63,539 bases of DNA, filler included, from Octopus bimaculoides (GCF_001194135.2; 6 parts of 6 records of this genome joined end to end with filler, not necessarily neighbours in it), one strand, 5' to 3'; positions 49,906 to 63,539 are shown, counted from the whole stretch's first letter. Notes: generated by a model not told the origin, from the sequence alone. Numbers and translations: made by a program.

Positions 49906-52699
49906 ATCTGTGTGAGTGTATATAAAAAGTGTTGCGTAGTACAGTCTGTAGAATCAAAAGTACTACACAGTGTACTTATTTTTGAGAAGTTCTTGTATTT
50001 TTACACTTGAAGTGATGGATGTTTAAGTTTGTGCCGAGGGGAAGACTGAAACTTAGTTTCAAAGTTTTCGTTCGAAATTATATTTCCATATTAAAACTGC
50101 TGGAGTTTGTTCTTTGTTCTTTCCTCTCCGAGGAATTCAGACAGCTTTTTAGTCGGGTACTACTGCAAGAAGGTAAGGTTTGCGGTGGAGTAGGTTCTGT
50201 TTTTGGTGTATGGAAGTGTGAATTGTGGGAGTAAAGTATTGCTTGACTGCTGCCGTTACAGTAGTTGGTAGGGGTAAACGTACTTTTCTTCCTCTCACTC
50301 CTCCTCCGTTTCTAACTGTCTCTATCCCTCAATTTTACTCTCATTTTCTCTCATTCAATATCTTTGTCCATCTCTCTCTATCTTTGCCTTATTCTTTCTT
50401 TCTCTCTCTCTCTATGTTGTCCTTCTCTCTACTTATATAGTACATAAGGCATGTGCGGAATACGGGTCATCTTAGGAGACAAGGCAACACTTGAGACATT
50501 GTCTCCGTTCAAAACGAAGCTAGGAGCCGGCCGATGTCACGAAAAACACTCCACCTCACACTGGGAATTTATCGATGGTGACAGCTTACACTTTATGCCA
50601 GATAAATATATAAATGAATAATTAATAAATAAAAAAAAAAATTAATAAATAACTACCAGAGAAAGAAAAAGAAAGACAACAAGAAGGAAAAAGAAAGAAG
50701 AAAAGAGAAGCTGAGGTATTTCCTCTGGGTGTCAGTTGAGGTTTTCATAATTACCAGATGTTCGGAATCATGTGATTTTGGCTGTCTCGTCACTGTTTGC
50801 TTTCTCGTGCTTTTGGGTTTCCAGTAATTCTATAATCTCTCTCTCTCTCTCTCTACCCTCCCACTCGCTGTATATATACATACATACNNNNNNNNNNNNN
50901 NNNNNNNNNNNNNNNNNNNNNNNNNNNNNNNNNNNNNNNNNNNNNNNNNNNNNNNNNNNNNNNNNNNNNNNNNNNNNNNNNNNNNNNNNNNNNNNNNNNN
51001 NNNNNNNNNNNNNNNNNNNNNNNNNNNNNNNNNNNNNNNNNNNNNNNNNNNNNNNNNNNNNNNNNNNNNNNNNNNNNNNNNNNNNNNNNNNNNNNNNNNN
51101 NNNNNNNNNNNNNNNNNNNNNNNNNNNNNNNNNNNNNNNNNNNNNNNNNNNNNNNNNNNNNNNNNNNNNNNNNNNNNNNNNNNNNNNNNNNNNNNNNNNN
51201 NNNNNNNNNNNNNNNNNNNNNNNNNNNNNNNNNNNNNNNNNNNNNNNNNNNNNNNNNNNNNNNNNNNNNNNNNNNNNNNNNNNGTGTGTGTGTGTGTGTG
51301 TGTGTGTGTATGCGCGCGTGTCTCCGTGCGTGCGTGTGTACGTGCCTGTGTGCGTGTGTGTATGTGTGTTTGATTGTGAGTGTGTATTGTAAGGAAAACA
51401 TGAATATGTTCCAGTTTCACCATTTTTCGATATACAAGGGATTCCAACGAAGGGTTTTCATAAGAATCTCTTGTACTTCGTTTGGAAACAATATCGTTCT
51501 CGAACACAATCTCATCTTCAGGATGTGGAATGTTGTGTCGCATGTGCTCCTGCCTCTTTCACAGCAGGCAAGTGTAATTTGTGTTTACTGTACCGCTGAA
51601 ATATGAAATTGCATAGACTTTTGACATGTATATGTTACTGATAGATGCATTTGATGCAGTGTTAACTATTGTTGATTGCAGATTATTTAAACTTCGTGAA
51701 ACACTCAACAGGAAAAAAGTTATTTCGTACAAATTTTATTTATCCACCGCTAAAATTCTTCGTTAGGAACAGTATATAAAGACTAAGAGATAAATGGGTT
51801 CAAACGAGAAAGATACGCGTCGTCTAAAAGCGAAAACTGTCTGCTAATATTCTGAGAGGGTTGCTGGCCTTTTACCAAAATTTGAAACCAATATTCTAAG
51901 AGGATTTGAATTTATAAATGTTCGAAAGCTAGATGTATGCCGGACGAGCAAAGGAAAGTGAATACGTTGTATCTATGTTGAACTGAATTTAACTTAAGAT
52001 GTTCAGGAAAACAATAAGACTTATCTAAGTTGAACGAAATATGACAGTGGAGTCTTATAAATTTCCAAGTACGAATACCTAGAATAATGGCGAGCAGCTT
52101 ACAGAAAAATCTAGACCAAGGGTTCGAATCCTGGCTAAGAATCCAGGAAACAAATCGTTTCAGACATTATCGCTGGTACTTGAAATTTGAATTATTAGGT
52201 CTACTGCATTTTCCGGCATACAAGTCGAATTATTCAAGTCAAAATTCATATCTAAAAATTGTAGGTCGATTTATACACCACGACAACTTTAGAGGATCGA
52301 AAATTCCATGTGAAGTGCAGTGGTATTAGGGAAAATAGTGACGATGTTTGAATGTTTACACTGCATGTTTATATTATATACTATGTCGAATTGTATGCCA
52401 GGAAATATGGTATACTTCATCAGTTACATTCACCTGTGTATTTTGTTTGTAGCAGGTGTACGTCTACAGTGTGATTCTTTTAGCTTTATACTTTATTATA
52501 AGTAACACTTCCATCATTGAACACCTATTTTTCATTGTGAACTCTAAAGGAAAACCAAAGCGCCAACTCAACCACATATTTACAAACACTGGAAACTCTC
52601 TTACTTCAAAAAGACTCGTCGCTTTGTTAGCGACTGGCTTGAACTTTCTTAAGAAGAACTTGAATAAAACTCAAAGAAAAGCATACATCTGTGGGAAAT

Positions 52700-53567
52700 T
52701 CTGACAGTGGGTGTGTTTGTGGAGTTGTTAGCTAACTCCTCCTACATCGTTTTTATCGATTTTGATGAAACTTGACACGTGAATAGAACTCATGTCTGGA
52801 AACCTCATGGCATACTCAGATTGTTGAAAAACGGCGATAATAGGGCCCCTGGAAGGGATCCTTATATATATGTAATATATTTTATCTTAAAAGCCAAGGG
52901 AAACAACCCATTCGCCCCTGGAAAGGATCCTTATATATATCCAAAAGAAATAACCTATTTATTTTCCTAAATTATTTGGTATAAATGAAATTGAGTACGC
53001 TTATTTCTTAATATTTGAACTGTTAGAGCTATTTTCGCAATTTATCCAGTACAACCCATAAACAAGTAAAACGTATTATCCTAAACAATAGATCTACTTA
53101 TTTCGGTTAGTGATTTATTCACGAATATACCAACACTAGTGCCGCTGAGGGTAATATTCTTTGAGAACGCACAAAAAATCCTTTTCAGAGTTATTTACTT
53201 TGAATTGTTATTATCTCATATTTGATGAAACTTAGTATGCATACCTTATTAGTATTTCCTCCTATGTTCTATATACTGTGGGAACGCATTAAAGCTCTTT
53301 TCGGAGCTACTTAATTTGAATTCTTACTATCGGGTAACTAATTTCAAGTTATTACATAACTGACTTCACAATTTGGGTATTCATAACTTATTGAGAATTC
53401 CTAAAAACAAGATCCTGTGTAAGACAGTTTGGTATTCTCTGTAAATGCACAAAATCCGTTTTAAAGGCTACATACTTTGTATTGTTATTGGACTAGCGAA
53501 ACAATTATGAGAACGGAACCAAGGGATAAGCCCCGCTTTCCTGGGAATTACCGGATATGTCAGCTAG
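52700..53567 (+). mobile_element. Non-autonomous Helitron-like element
   Basis: Internal GATTTTGATGAAACTT motifs, a GCCCCTGGAA.GGATCCTTATATATA direct repeat (near 52845 and 52916), 3' end ...GTCAGCTAG|T; 5' boundary uncertain. Confidence 0.5.
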
Positions 53568-54254
53568 TACATACATACATACATACATACNNNNNNNNNN
53601 NNNNNNNNNNNNNNNNNNNNNNNNNNNNNNNNNNNNNNNNNNNNNNNNNNNNNNNNNNNNNNNNNNNNNNNNNNNNNNNNNNNNNNNNCATACAAACATA
53701 TATACATACATACATGCATGCATGCATACATACCTACACACATACATGCACACATACATACATGCACACACATGCAACTATATATAATGCAAACATACAT
53801 ACATACGTAATACATACACGCATGCATGCATACATACCTACACACATACCTACACACATACATACATGCACACATACATACATGCACACACATGCAACTA
53901 TACATACATGCAAACATACATACATACGTAATGCATACACGCATGCATGCATACATACATACATACATACATACATACATACATACATACATACATACAT
54001 AAGGAATACTGGTGGTATGTACCAGCAAAGACCTCAATAAAACGTAAACACAGCAGACCTGATATAATGATCTGGGATTGAGAAGAACTGTATAGTTGTG
54101 GAAATTAGCTGCCCAGTGGATGTTAACACAACGCTGAAAATCTATGAAAAAGAGAATATTTACGCTGAACTATTGAGAAATCTGCAGTTATTCTATTTAG
54201 AGTATGCGTATATATATATATGTTGTCGTTATATATATAAGTATATATATCAGC

Positions 54255-54610
54255 GCTGGAGTGGCTGTGTGGTAAGTAGCCTGCATACCAACCACATGGT
54301 TCCGGGTTCGGCCCCACTAGGTGATACCTTGGGCAAGTGTTTTCTACTATAGCCGCGGACCAACCAAAACCTTGTGAGTGGATTTGGTAGACTGAAACTG
54401 AAAGCAGTCCGTCATATATGTATGTGTGTGTGTGTGTGTGTTTATATATCTGTGTTTATGCATGTGTGCTTGACAGTCGATGTTGATGTGTTTACGACCC
54501 CTTAACGTAGCAATTAGGTAAAAAGACCGATGAGTCTTGGGGTCGATTTGTTCGACTAAACCGGTGCTCCAGCATGGCCGGAGTCAAATGGCTGAAACAA
54601 ATAATAGAAG
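54255..54610 (+). mobile_element. SINE family A
   Basis: Head, core, (TG)n, 3' part. Confidence 0.75.
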
Positions 54611-54889
54611 GAATATATATATATATATATATATATATACAAAGTTTTAAATTTAAATTTAAGAGAGAGATTTGACGCTAATATCCATTATTAATCATTC
54701 CTATGTCAACATTTCTGTATAAAGCTATATTTGACCGTCAAATTTAAGTCAAACATATAAGTTGCCTTACACGTCTTCGGGGAATACATTTGAGAACAAA
54801 CAAAAGTCAAAAATAGGAGATCAATTCCGCATTTCTAGGATTCTTCCATATATTCCCCGAAGACGTGTAAGGCAACTTATATGTTTGTC

Positions 54890-55080
54890 AAAAATGAGTA
54901 GTAACTGTATTTCAAAGGCCCAGCCTTGTCACATTGTGTCACGCTGACTCTCCTTGGGAACTACATTAAGGGTACACGCGTCTGTGGAGTGCTCAGCCAC
55001 TTTCAAGTTAATTTCACGAGCAAGCTGTCCCGTTGATCGTATCAGCTCGGACCCTTGTCGTCATAACCGACGGAGTGCTC
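54890..55080 (+). mobile_element. SINE family F, 3' part
   Basis: AAAAATGAGTAG..TGTATTTCAAAG joined to the body shared with family C. Confidence 0.65.
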
Positions 55081-55173
55081 CTTTCCTGAGCGTCCAGTAA
55101 CACAATATCTGTATCATGTCCTCGCGTTGTTGTTTTTTGTTGTTTTTTTGTCGTTTTTCTTGTTTAAACTCAC

Positions 55174-55206
<33 letters not shown>

Positions 55207-55823
55207 TATAAATATATAGATATATGCATATATCCATACATATACGTACATACATCTATATGTATACATACATGCATACAGGACATCAAAAAAATGTTAA
55301 ACACAATATATATATATATATTTATATATATATATATTCACACACACACACGCACAGCGTGATGATCAGGGTTGGAATAACTTTGATCACAGGTTTGCTC
55401 AATCAAGTTTGTAAATAGCAAAATGTACGAGACATTAGTATTCAAATTTTACTCTCGTAAACTAAATAGAACGAAAGGGTAGAATAGACAGAACGCAATA
55501 AAATAAACAAAATTAAAAGTAAACAAATGAATAAGCAAACACAAAACAATTGAAAAAAATGTGTAAAGATTGGACAAATAGATAATTAAAAGAAATTTCA
55601 CACACAAAAATAGAGCGAAAAATAAATTAGGTGAGAATGTTTTTTTTTTTAAGTTGTAATTTAACCAGTTCTAGAATGTTCATTTGATCAAAGTGTGAAA
55701 CGCATTGTAGTATTTAGGCTTTTGTTGAGAGAAAGATAGAAGAGAGGGGGGGAGAGAGGGGTGTAGAGAGAGGCAAACAGATAGACATAACGATAGATAG
55801 ATAGATAGATAGATAGGTGAATG

Positions 55824-55876
<53 letters not shown>

Positions 55877-56059
55877 GCACAAAGATACATCCGTAAAGGA
55901 AAACAGACAGTTATGGAGCTGAATAAATAGGCATACACTAATAACGAATAAAAGACCTGCATTGATAAAGGCAGAGATATGCTAATAGCCAACAGGCTAA
56001 CGACCATAGATAGATAGACAGACTAACAGACAGACAGACAGACAGATAGACAGACAGAC

Positions 56060-56113
<54 letters not shown>

Positions 56114-56352
56114 ACAGAAACAAGCTGCTAGCTGGATGGTTAGATAGTTACACAGATACGCACATTTATATATATCTAGATATTGAGAATGAGAAAGAGA
56201 GAGAGAGAGAGAGAAAGAAAAAAGAGAAAGGAAGAGAAGGAGACAGATGAGGAGAGGGTGAGAAAGAGAGAGATAGAGAGAAAGAGTTATTCAAAGTTAT
56301 GCAGATTATGTCGTTGTGCATCTATATACATATTAATTCTAAAATCTATTCC

Positions 56353-56404
<52 letters not shown>

Positions 56405-56498
56405 GAAAAAAGTACATATGTGTATACACGTTTGTACACAAGCACACGCACAAGGATTCACAAACATACGCATCTACTCACACCCCAGATATAAAGCG

Positions 56499-56540
<42 letters not shown>

Positions 56541-56553
56541 GTAGATAGATAGA

Positions 56554-56621
<68 letters not shown>

Positions 56622-57184
56622 ACAAACAGACAGACGAAACAACTAGCTTGGTTGACACTGATTAATTATAATGACACCTACTTCACAATAACCAAACAAG
56701 GTTGCCAACTCAATCAAGCAGTGATTAACAAATGACTCCAGTCATTAATCTCCCTGGCTAAGCGCCTGAGCAGCAACGATATGTCGCTGCTTATTCTTTC
56801 TTATCGTTTCTCTTTCGTTTGAGAAATCGTTACAATTCCACCAACCAATTTAAAGATCAGAGCTTATGTATAATCACAGTTTGCACAGAGACCACACTCA
56901 AAAACCACCTAGACAACAAGCTAACGAGGGAGCATTTTGCGGTCAGTTCAGCTGCTAGAAATAACAGTCAATTTTTTTTGTTTTAAATCATGGCCTCTCG
57001 TTTTCAAAGAAGGAAGGACAAATAATGTACTCATAGAAGCGCTATGGCTGAGTATAAGTTTGGTTGGCCACGGTTGGAGCACTGTCAATTTGAGCTGATC
57101 AACGGCTAAACAACAAGGGCAACAGCGCAACATAACCTAGAAAATATTTACATTAAGGAAGAGGCATTTTAGATAATCTTTTAG

Positions 57185-57659
57185 TCCTTTATTTGTTTCA
57201 GACATTAGACTGCGGCTATGCTGGGGCACCGTCTTGAAGAATGTTTTGCAGAACGAATCGCCCCCAGTATTTATTTATTTTTCATTTTGTGTTTTGAAGC
57301 CTGGTGCTTATTCTATCTGTCACTTTTACCGAATCGCTAAGTTAGGAGGACGTAAGCACACCAACACCGGTTGTCTCGCCGTGGTGGGGAAAAACACAGA
57401 AACGACGTACACGCGCACGGGCGCACACAACGAGATTCTGCACAGTTTCTTATTTCTTTATTGCCCACAAGGGGCTAAACACAGAGGGGACAAACAAGGA
57501 CAGACAAAGGGATTAAGTCGATTATATCGAGCCCAGTGCGTAACTGGTACTTAATTTATCGACCCCGAAAGGATGAAAGGCAAAGTCGACCTCGGCGGAA
57601 TTTGAACTCAGAACGTAGCGGCAGACGAAATACCAATAAGCATTTCGCCTGGCGTGCTA
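57185..57659 (-). mobile_element. SINE family A 3' part adjacent to SINE family B (57446-57659)
   Basis: Reverse complements of both families. Confidence 0.75.
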
Positions 57660-57964
57660 NNNNNNNNNNNNNNNNNNNNNNNNNNNNNNNNNNNNNNNNN
57701 NNNTTAATTAATTAANNNNNNNNNNNNNNNNNNNNNNNNNNNNNNNNNNNNNNNNNNNNTTTTGGGCTCAAAGTCAAAACAAAAATTTTCGCTACTGTGC
57801 GCAAGCGAACTCGCCTCCCACAAACAGCGAATACAAAATTTGTTCGTACAACGAACACACAAAAAACTCGCCAAGGAAAGCGAAGATGCCACACCGCTGG
57901 ACAACAATTTACTAAAAAAATAAATAGAAGCAATAAATTGCTGCCCAGCTGAGCAACAAAAACG

Positions 57965-58085
57965 ACTTACCCCGGCGAATTCTTCAATTTTTCCTTCTTT
58001 AGACAGAGCCGAAACCCATGTCTATCTTCGTTCACAGCAAGTAGCCAGTCTGACGCACATGCGCAGTGAGCAAACCGGAAGTAAG
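57965..58085 (-). promoter_or_regulatory. Candidate promoter and non-coding first exon of a minus-strand gene
   Basis: ETS-type CCGGAAGT and NRF-1-like GCACATGCGCAG within 30 bp, locally CpG-rich, followed on - by a consensus donor GGG|GTAAGT at 57971/57970. Confidence 0.45.
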
Positions 58086-58169
58086 CAAACTACTTACCAC
58101 ACAGCCACTTTTATATTTTGGTGATGATTTTTTAAATTAGCTTACCAACTATTGTTGGTAGTTAATTTA

Positions 58170-58800
58170 TAATATATTATTATATATATATATATGCGGC
58201 CATGCTGGAACACCGCCTTTAGTCTAAGTAAACGACCCCAGGATTTATTCTTTGTAAACCTAATACTTATTCTACCAGGTTCTTATGCCGAACCGCTAAG
58301 TCTCGGTGACGCAAACGCACCAACAGCGGTTGTCAAGTGATGGTGGGGAACAGACACACAAATACATACATACACAGACAGATAGATAGATAGATATACA
58401 ACGAGCGTCTTTCAGTGTTTGTCAACCAAATCTACTCTGAAGGTTTTGGTCGGCCCGTGGCTATAATAGAAGACACTTGTCCAAGATGCCACGCAGTGAG
58501 ACTGAACCTGAAACGATGTGGTTGAGAAGCAAGCTTTTTATTTCTTTATTACCCAAAAGAGGCTAAACACAGAGGGGACAAACAAAGATAGACAAAGGGA
58601 TTAAGTCGATTGCATCGACCCCAATGCGTAACTAATATCAATTTATCGATCCCGAAAGAATGAAAGGCAAAGTAGACCTCGGCGGAATTTGAAATCAGAA
58701 CGTAACAGCAGACGAAATACCGCTAAGAATTTCGTCCGGCGTGCTAACGTTTCTACCAGCTCGCCGCCTTGGCAAGCTTCTTACCACACAGCCACACACA
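58170..58800 (-). mobile_element. SINE family A with nested SINE family B (58537-58771)
   Basis: Family A head interrupted by a B copy flanked by GCAAGCTT at 58529-58536 and 58772-58779. Confidence 0.8.
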
Positions 58801-59168
58801 TCTATGTATGCACGTACATATGTATCTATGTACGTATGTATATATGCATGTGTGTCTTATAGCTAGAGTCATTTGATTGCTTCTTTCTGAAAAGCTTGAA
58901 GAGTTGCAGACTAAAAGTGATTTAGAAGAAAAATAAACTTGTGTTCCAATAATTTACTTATTATCCATTAATTTCGCTCATTTTCAATACGACAGCAGTT
59001 GTATAGACATAGATACACACGCCAGCTCCTTCCTACTGTTTCACGGTTTGTCTCACAGTTTCGTTCTGTATATATAAATATATTGGTGTAAGTGCGTGTG
59101 CGTGTATGTACCCATCTGTGTGCGTGTGTTTGTGTTTGTCTATACTAACCGCTTGACAACCGGAATTA

Positions 59169-59204
<36 letters not shown>

Positions 59205-59514
59205 AAATAATAAGTGAGTATATGCATATATACGTACAGGTATGTGCATACCTACGTCTACCTGTATATATAGGTGCATATCTGGGTACAGGACATTGCA
59301 AAAAAAACGTAGACAAAAAATAATAATAAACAGAGTATATATATATATATATACACATTATATATGCATACATATATTAATATGTGTGTATATATATATA
59401 TTTACATATATATATATATACATACATATATATATATATACATATATAATATACGTACATATATATACATACATATATATATATATATACATACATACAT
59501 ACATATATATATAC

Positions 59515-59545
<31 letters not shown>

Positions 59546-60147
59546 CATACATATATATATACATACATATATATATACATATATATATATACATACATAT
59601 ATATATACATACATAATATTTTTATATATATATACACACATATATATATATATAAATATATATATATACATACGTATATATACATATATATACAAGCATA
59701 TATATATATATATACATATATATACAAGCATATATATATATATACATGCATATATATATATATACATGCATATATATATACATATACATATATATATACA
59801 TATACATATATATATACATATACATATATATATACATATACATATACATATACATATATATANNNNNNNNNNNNNNNNNNNNNNNNNNNNNNNNNNNNNN
59901 NNNNNNNNNNNNNNNNNNNNNNNNNNNNNNNNNNNNNNNNNNNNNNNNNNNNNNNNNNNNNNNNNNNNNNNNNNNNTATACTTAGTAGTTCGGTGTGTTA
60001 AAAACCATTATCGGTAAATATATAGACACAATTTAAAATTTTAAATTGTGTTTATATATATATATATATATATACACGCATACACACACAATTTTATTCA
60101 TTTAGACATATAAATATATATAAATATTTTTTTCATACTCACACTTA

Positions 60148-60195
<48 letters not shown>

Positions 60196-60400
60196 TGTGA
60201 TACTGGGATTTGATTGGTTCGTTCTCAAAAGCATGAAGAACCTAAGACTACAGGTGATATCCGTAAGCCCCTTTTTATACACAGCGATTGAGATAGGCAT
60301 AGTCTTGTATATACACACCTCACCTGTCAACTTCTATTATTACCGTACACGTTCTCTTCATACAGCAGCATTTGTTTAAATAGCTCTTTCCCCCTGCTTC

Positions 60401-60456
<56 letters not shown>

Positions 60457-60627
60457 TGTATATATAGATATATAGGCGTGTGACTATAGGTGTATATACA
60501 TATGTGTGTGTATAGATATATACTGGAGTACATTTACACGTTTACGTAACAGGACTTATATCAATTATGAAAACAAAATCATTTAATCTTGTAAGTATTT
60601 TCATTTTCTATTACAATTGTTGTTGGG

Positions 60628-60669
<42 letters not shown>

Positions 60670-60984
60670 CATTATTATTATTATTATTATTATTATCATT
60701 ATAAAGCGGTGCGTTGGCAGAATCGTTAGCACGCCAGGCGAAATGCATAGCGGTACTTCGTTTGCCGCTACGCTCAGAGAAATCTCGGACAGTGGGTTCC
60801 TCGATTATCCCTAGAGGCCTTCCTGTATCAGGAGGGCCACATCTCTATCATCCTCTCCGTCCATTTTTTTAAACCTTTGTATGCTATACATATGTCCCTT
60901 CTTTTACAGTGTACACCGTGTATACTTTCTTTATTTTTTTATCATCTTAAACCCCCACACTTTATGTCTGTCTTTGTATTGTCC

Positions 60985-61567
60985 CCCTTGTGGCAAGTAA
61001 CAATAATAATAATAATTCTTTCTACTAAAAGCACAAGGCATGAAATTTGGTTCAACTGGTACTTATTTAATCGACCCCTAAAGGAGGAAAGGCAAAGTCG
61101 ACCCCAGCGGAATTTGAACTCAGAACGAATAATAATTATTGTTATTATTTCTATTCTAGGCACAAGAAAATTTTGGGGGAAGAGGGCTAGTCTATTACAT
61201 CGACCCCAGTACTCAACTGGCAATTAATCGCCAAAAGGTGAAGTCGACCTCGGCGGAATTTGAACTTAGAACGTGAAGACAGACGAAATGCAGTTAAGCA
61301 TCTTGCCCGGCGTGTTAACGATTCTACCAGCTCGCCGCCTTAACAATGATGATAATAATAATAATCCTTTCTACTATAGGCACAGGGCCTAAAATTTGGG
61401 GAGGGGGATTACATCGACCTCAGTGTTTTACTTAATTTATCGACCCCACGAAAGGATGAAAAGCAAAGTCGACCTCGGCGGAATTTGAACTTAGAACGTT
61501 GCGACAGGCGAAATACCGTCAAGCATTTCAGCCAGCGTGCTAACGATTCTGCCAGCTCACCACCTTA
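60985..61567 (-). mobile_element. Head-to-tail cluster of SINE family B copies separated by (AAT)n
   Basis: AAAGTCGACC.C.GCGGAATTTGAACT recurs three times. Confidence 0.8.
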
Positions 61568-61706
61568 ATAATAATAATCTTGATAATAATGATGCGAGCT
61601 GGCTGAACTAATATCAAAACGTATTCAAACAATGAATACTCTGTTGTAATTTCAAATATTGCAGGTTGTGTCTCGATACAGTCTTTGATTTGATTACTAA
61701 ATTTTT

Positions 61707-61750
61707 TTTCACATGCGCACCTGTCTCTCGAGACAGGTGCGCATGTGAAA
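61707..61750. repeat. Perfect 21-bp-arm palindrome
   Basis: TTTCACATGCGCACCTGTCTC-TC-GAGACAGGTGCGCATGTGAAA. Confidence 0.95.
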
Positions 61751-62214
61751 GTTTATCAGAAAAAGGACACAGAATTGAGAAGTAAGAATGTTTTAAAAAA
61801 TTATAATTCTGGGGAGAAAAAATTCTTTCACAGAACAGCATGAAGTAATGACAGTCATTCCGAAAGTCCGCCAGTCCGAGATTACACACGAGTGAAATAG
61901 TAAAATTTCCTTTAATTTCTGTCGGTCAAGAAATTCTGTCGAGGCCTTTTCTTTTACTAGTTGTTGCTCTTTTTCTGGTAAGCGGTAGTAAACAAAACGG
62001 AGTCGGTGGCAAGGTTTCCATCCCTGGCAAACGAAATTTGCAGCAAATAACATATTTTTCAGATATATAGAAATAGCAAAACTTGACATCCGTCCGGCAC
62101 ACAACGTTTCTTTGGTGACCGAGTCAAAGACTGTGTTGAAAACTTCTGCATATTTTTTGCTTTCTTCATTTTAAGAATCAAGACAGAAACAGTAGAGTGA
62201 CAGAATACTTTTCT

Positions 62215-62375
62215 TTTTTTTTATTTCAGTCATTTGACTGCGACCATGCTGGAGCACCGCCTTTAGTCGAGCAAATTGACCCCAGGACTTATTCGTTGTA
62301 AGCCTAGAACTTATTCTATCGGTCTCTTTTGCCGAACCGCTAAGTTACGGGGAACAAACACAGATACACAAACAT

Positions 62376-62409
<34 letters not shown>
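62215..62409 (-). mobile_element. SINE family A, 3' half
   Basis: Reverse complement of the family A 3' part. Confidence 0.75.
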
Positions 62410-63539
62410 NNNNNNNNNNNNNNNNNNNNNNNNNNNNNNNNNNNNNNNNNNNNTTAATTAATTAANNNNNNNNNNNNNNNNNNNNNNNNNNNNNNNNNNN
62501 NNNNNNNNNTGTCAAAATAACAAAACAAAAACTAAATAATTTTTTTCACTCCCCAAATACTATAAAGGATTGATTACTTTTAATATTTTCAATATTTTGT
62601 TGTCAATTATTCACTTGTTATTCTACATATTGTTATTTTCTATAATAAATACTTCTTAATTTTTCATAAATGTTGTAGATATGTTTGTATTGAAATTCAC
62701 CAAATTAATAAGGTATGTTTGCACATGGGTACCCAGCCAGTATCTGAGTTGTATAGGTTCAACTCCCATAGCCTCCTGCTGCAAAATTTTTTCCATCTTA
62801 TAAGGGTAAATAGCCAAACTTTCTCCTGTTTTCACAGCTTTACTGCTTTTGAAATTTACTTTCTTGTCTGTAAAATACCAATCATATTCGATGCTTCCAA
62901 AGTTTGTTTCTAAAAACGTTAAATATATTTCCTAAAGGTTTAGTTGATGTAAAAAGCTGGGCATTTACAACATATTCAACATGTTCCGTTCAAAAGCTCC
63001 AAATATTTGTGATAAATGTTATTATTTATATTAATTGCAAAAGTTCCTGAAGAACAATATTTCTTGTAAGACATGAAGAAACACATTTGAGGCTGTAATC
63101 TCAAATTATTTCTGTTTTGTTTAATTATGTGCAACATCCATATTGAGAGGAAATATCTAAAGTTAAGTGTTTGGAACATCAGACAGCAAGTCACTGGATT
63201 GGGTCAGTTATTTGGTGGATTCTATCATTTTCATGTGTATTTTTATCACTGTTTTAAAAAAAATTAGTCCTTCAAGCTCAGAGTACAATAAAGATGGAGA
63301 AATCTCTTTTAAATATTGCAATGCATGGCAAATCATCAGAAGTTATGAATATTGAGACACTAGTTAGGCCTTTATGAGACAAAGAAGACAGCACCATTCT
63401 TTGAATAAATTATTTAAGAATCTTCTTCTCTGAAACTATTTGACCTAATGTCAGATAAATATACTGGGATGTTCCTTGTGTAGTCCCCATACAAAGTTAA
63501 TTGATATTTTATTAATTGGATGATTTTATTTATTTCATA

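Noticed and set aside
59242-60017. Long Y/I/H/T/C/V-rich ORFs here and throughout the track
   Set aside because: Translations of (TA)n, (CA)n, (TACA)n and (GA)n microsatellites, or of N runs.

Overview
AT-rich, microsatellite-dense, gapped eukaryotic draft scaffold. The SINE, mariner and Penelope-like repeats resemble those I recall from coleoid cephalopods (Octopus-like; this is inference). The only clear cellular gene is a strongly divergent two-exon actin-like gene on + (exon 10404-10517, phase-0 intron at the conserved actin codon 41/42 position, exon 16064->17004 running into a gap). By hand count it is about 60% identical to conventional actin over residues 131-350, with systematic changes in the nucleotide pocket, D-loop and filament/barbed-end surfaces. 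A second, inverted actin-like first exon that the ORF track misses lies head-to-head at 3306-3428 (-). It has a premature TAA and a homologous 5' flank. The rest is mostly TE debris: mariner, DD37D/maT, Penelope-like, RTE with three C2H2 fingers, Tx1, R4/Dong, Helitron ends, a putative solo LTR and several SINE families. There are also three notable palindromes, a likely minus-strand promoter/first exon near 58 kb, and an unidentified decayed coding region at the right end. Nearly all ORFs in the supplied track are microsatellite or N-run artefacts.
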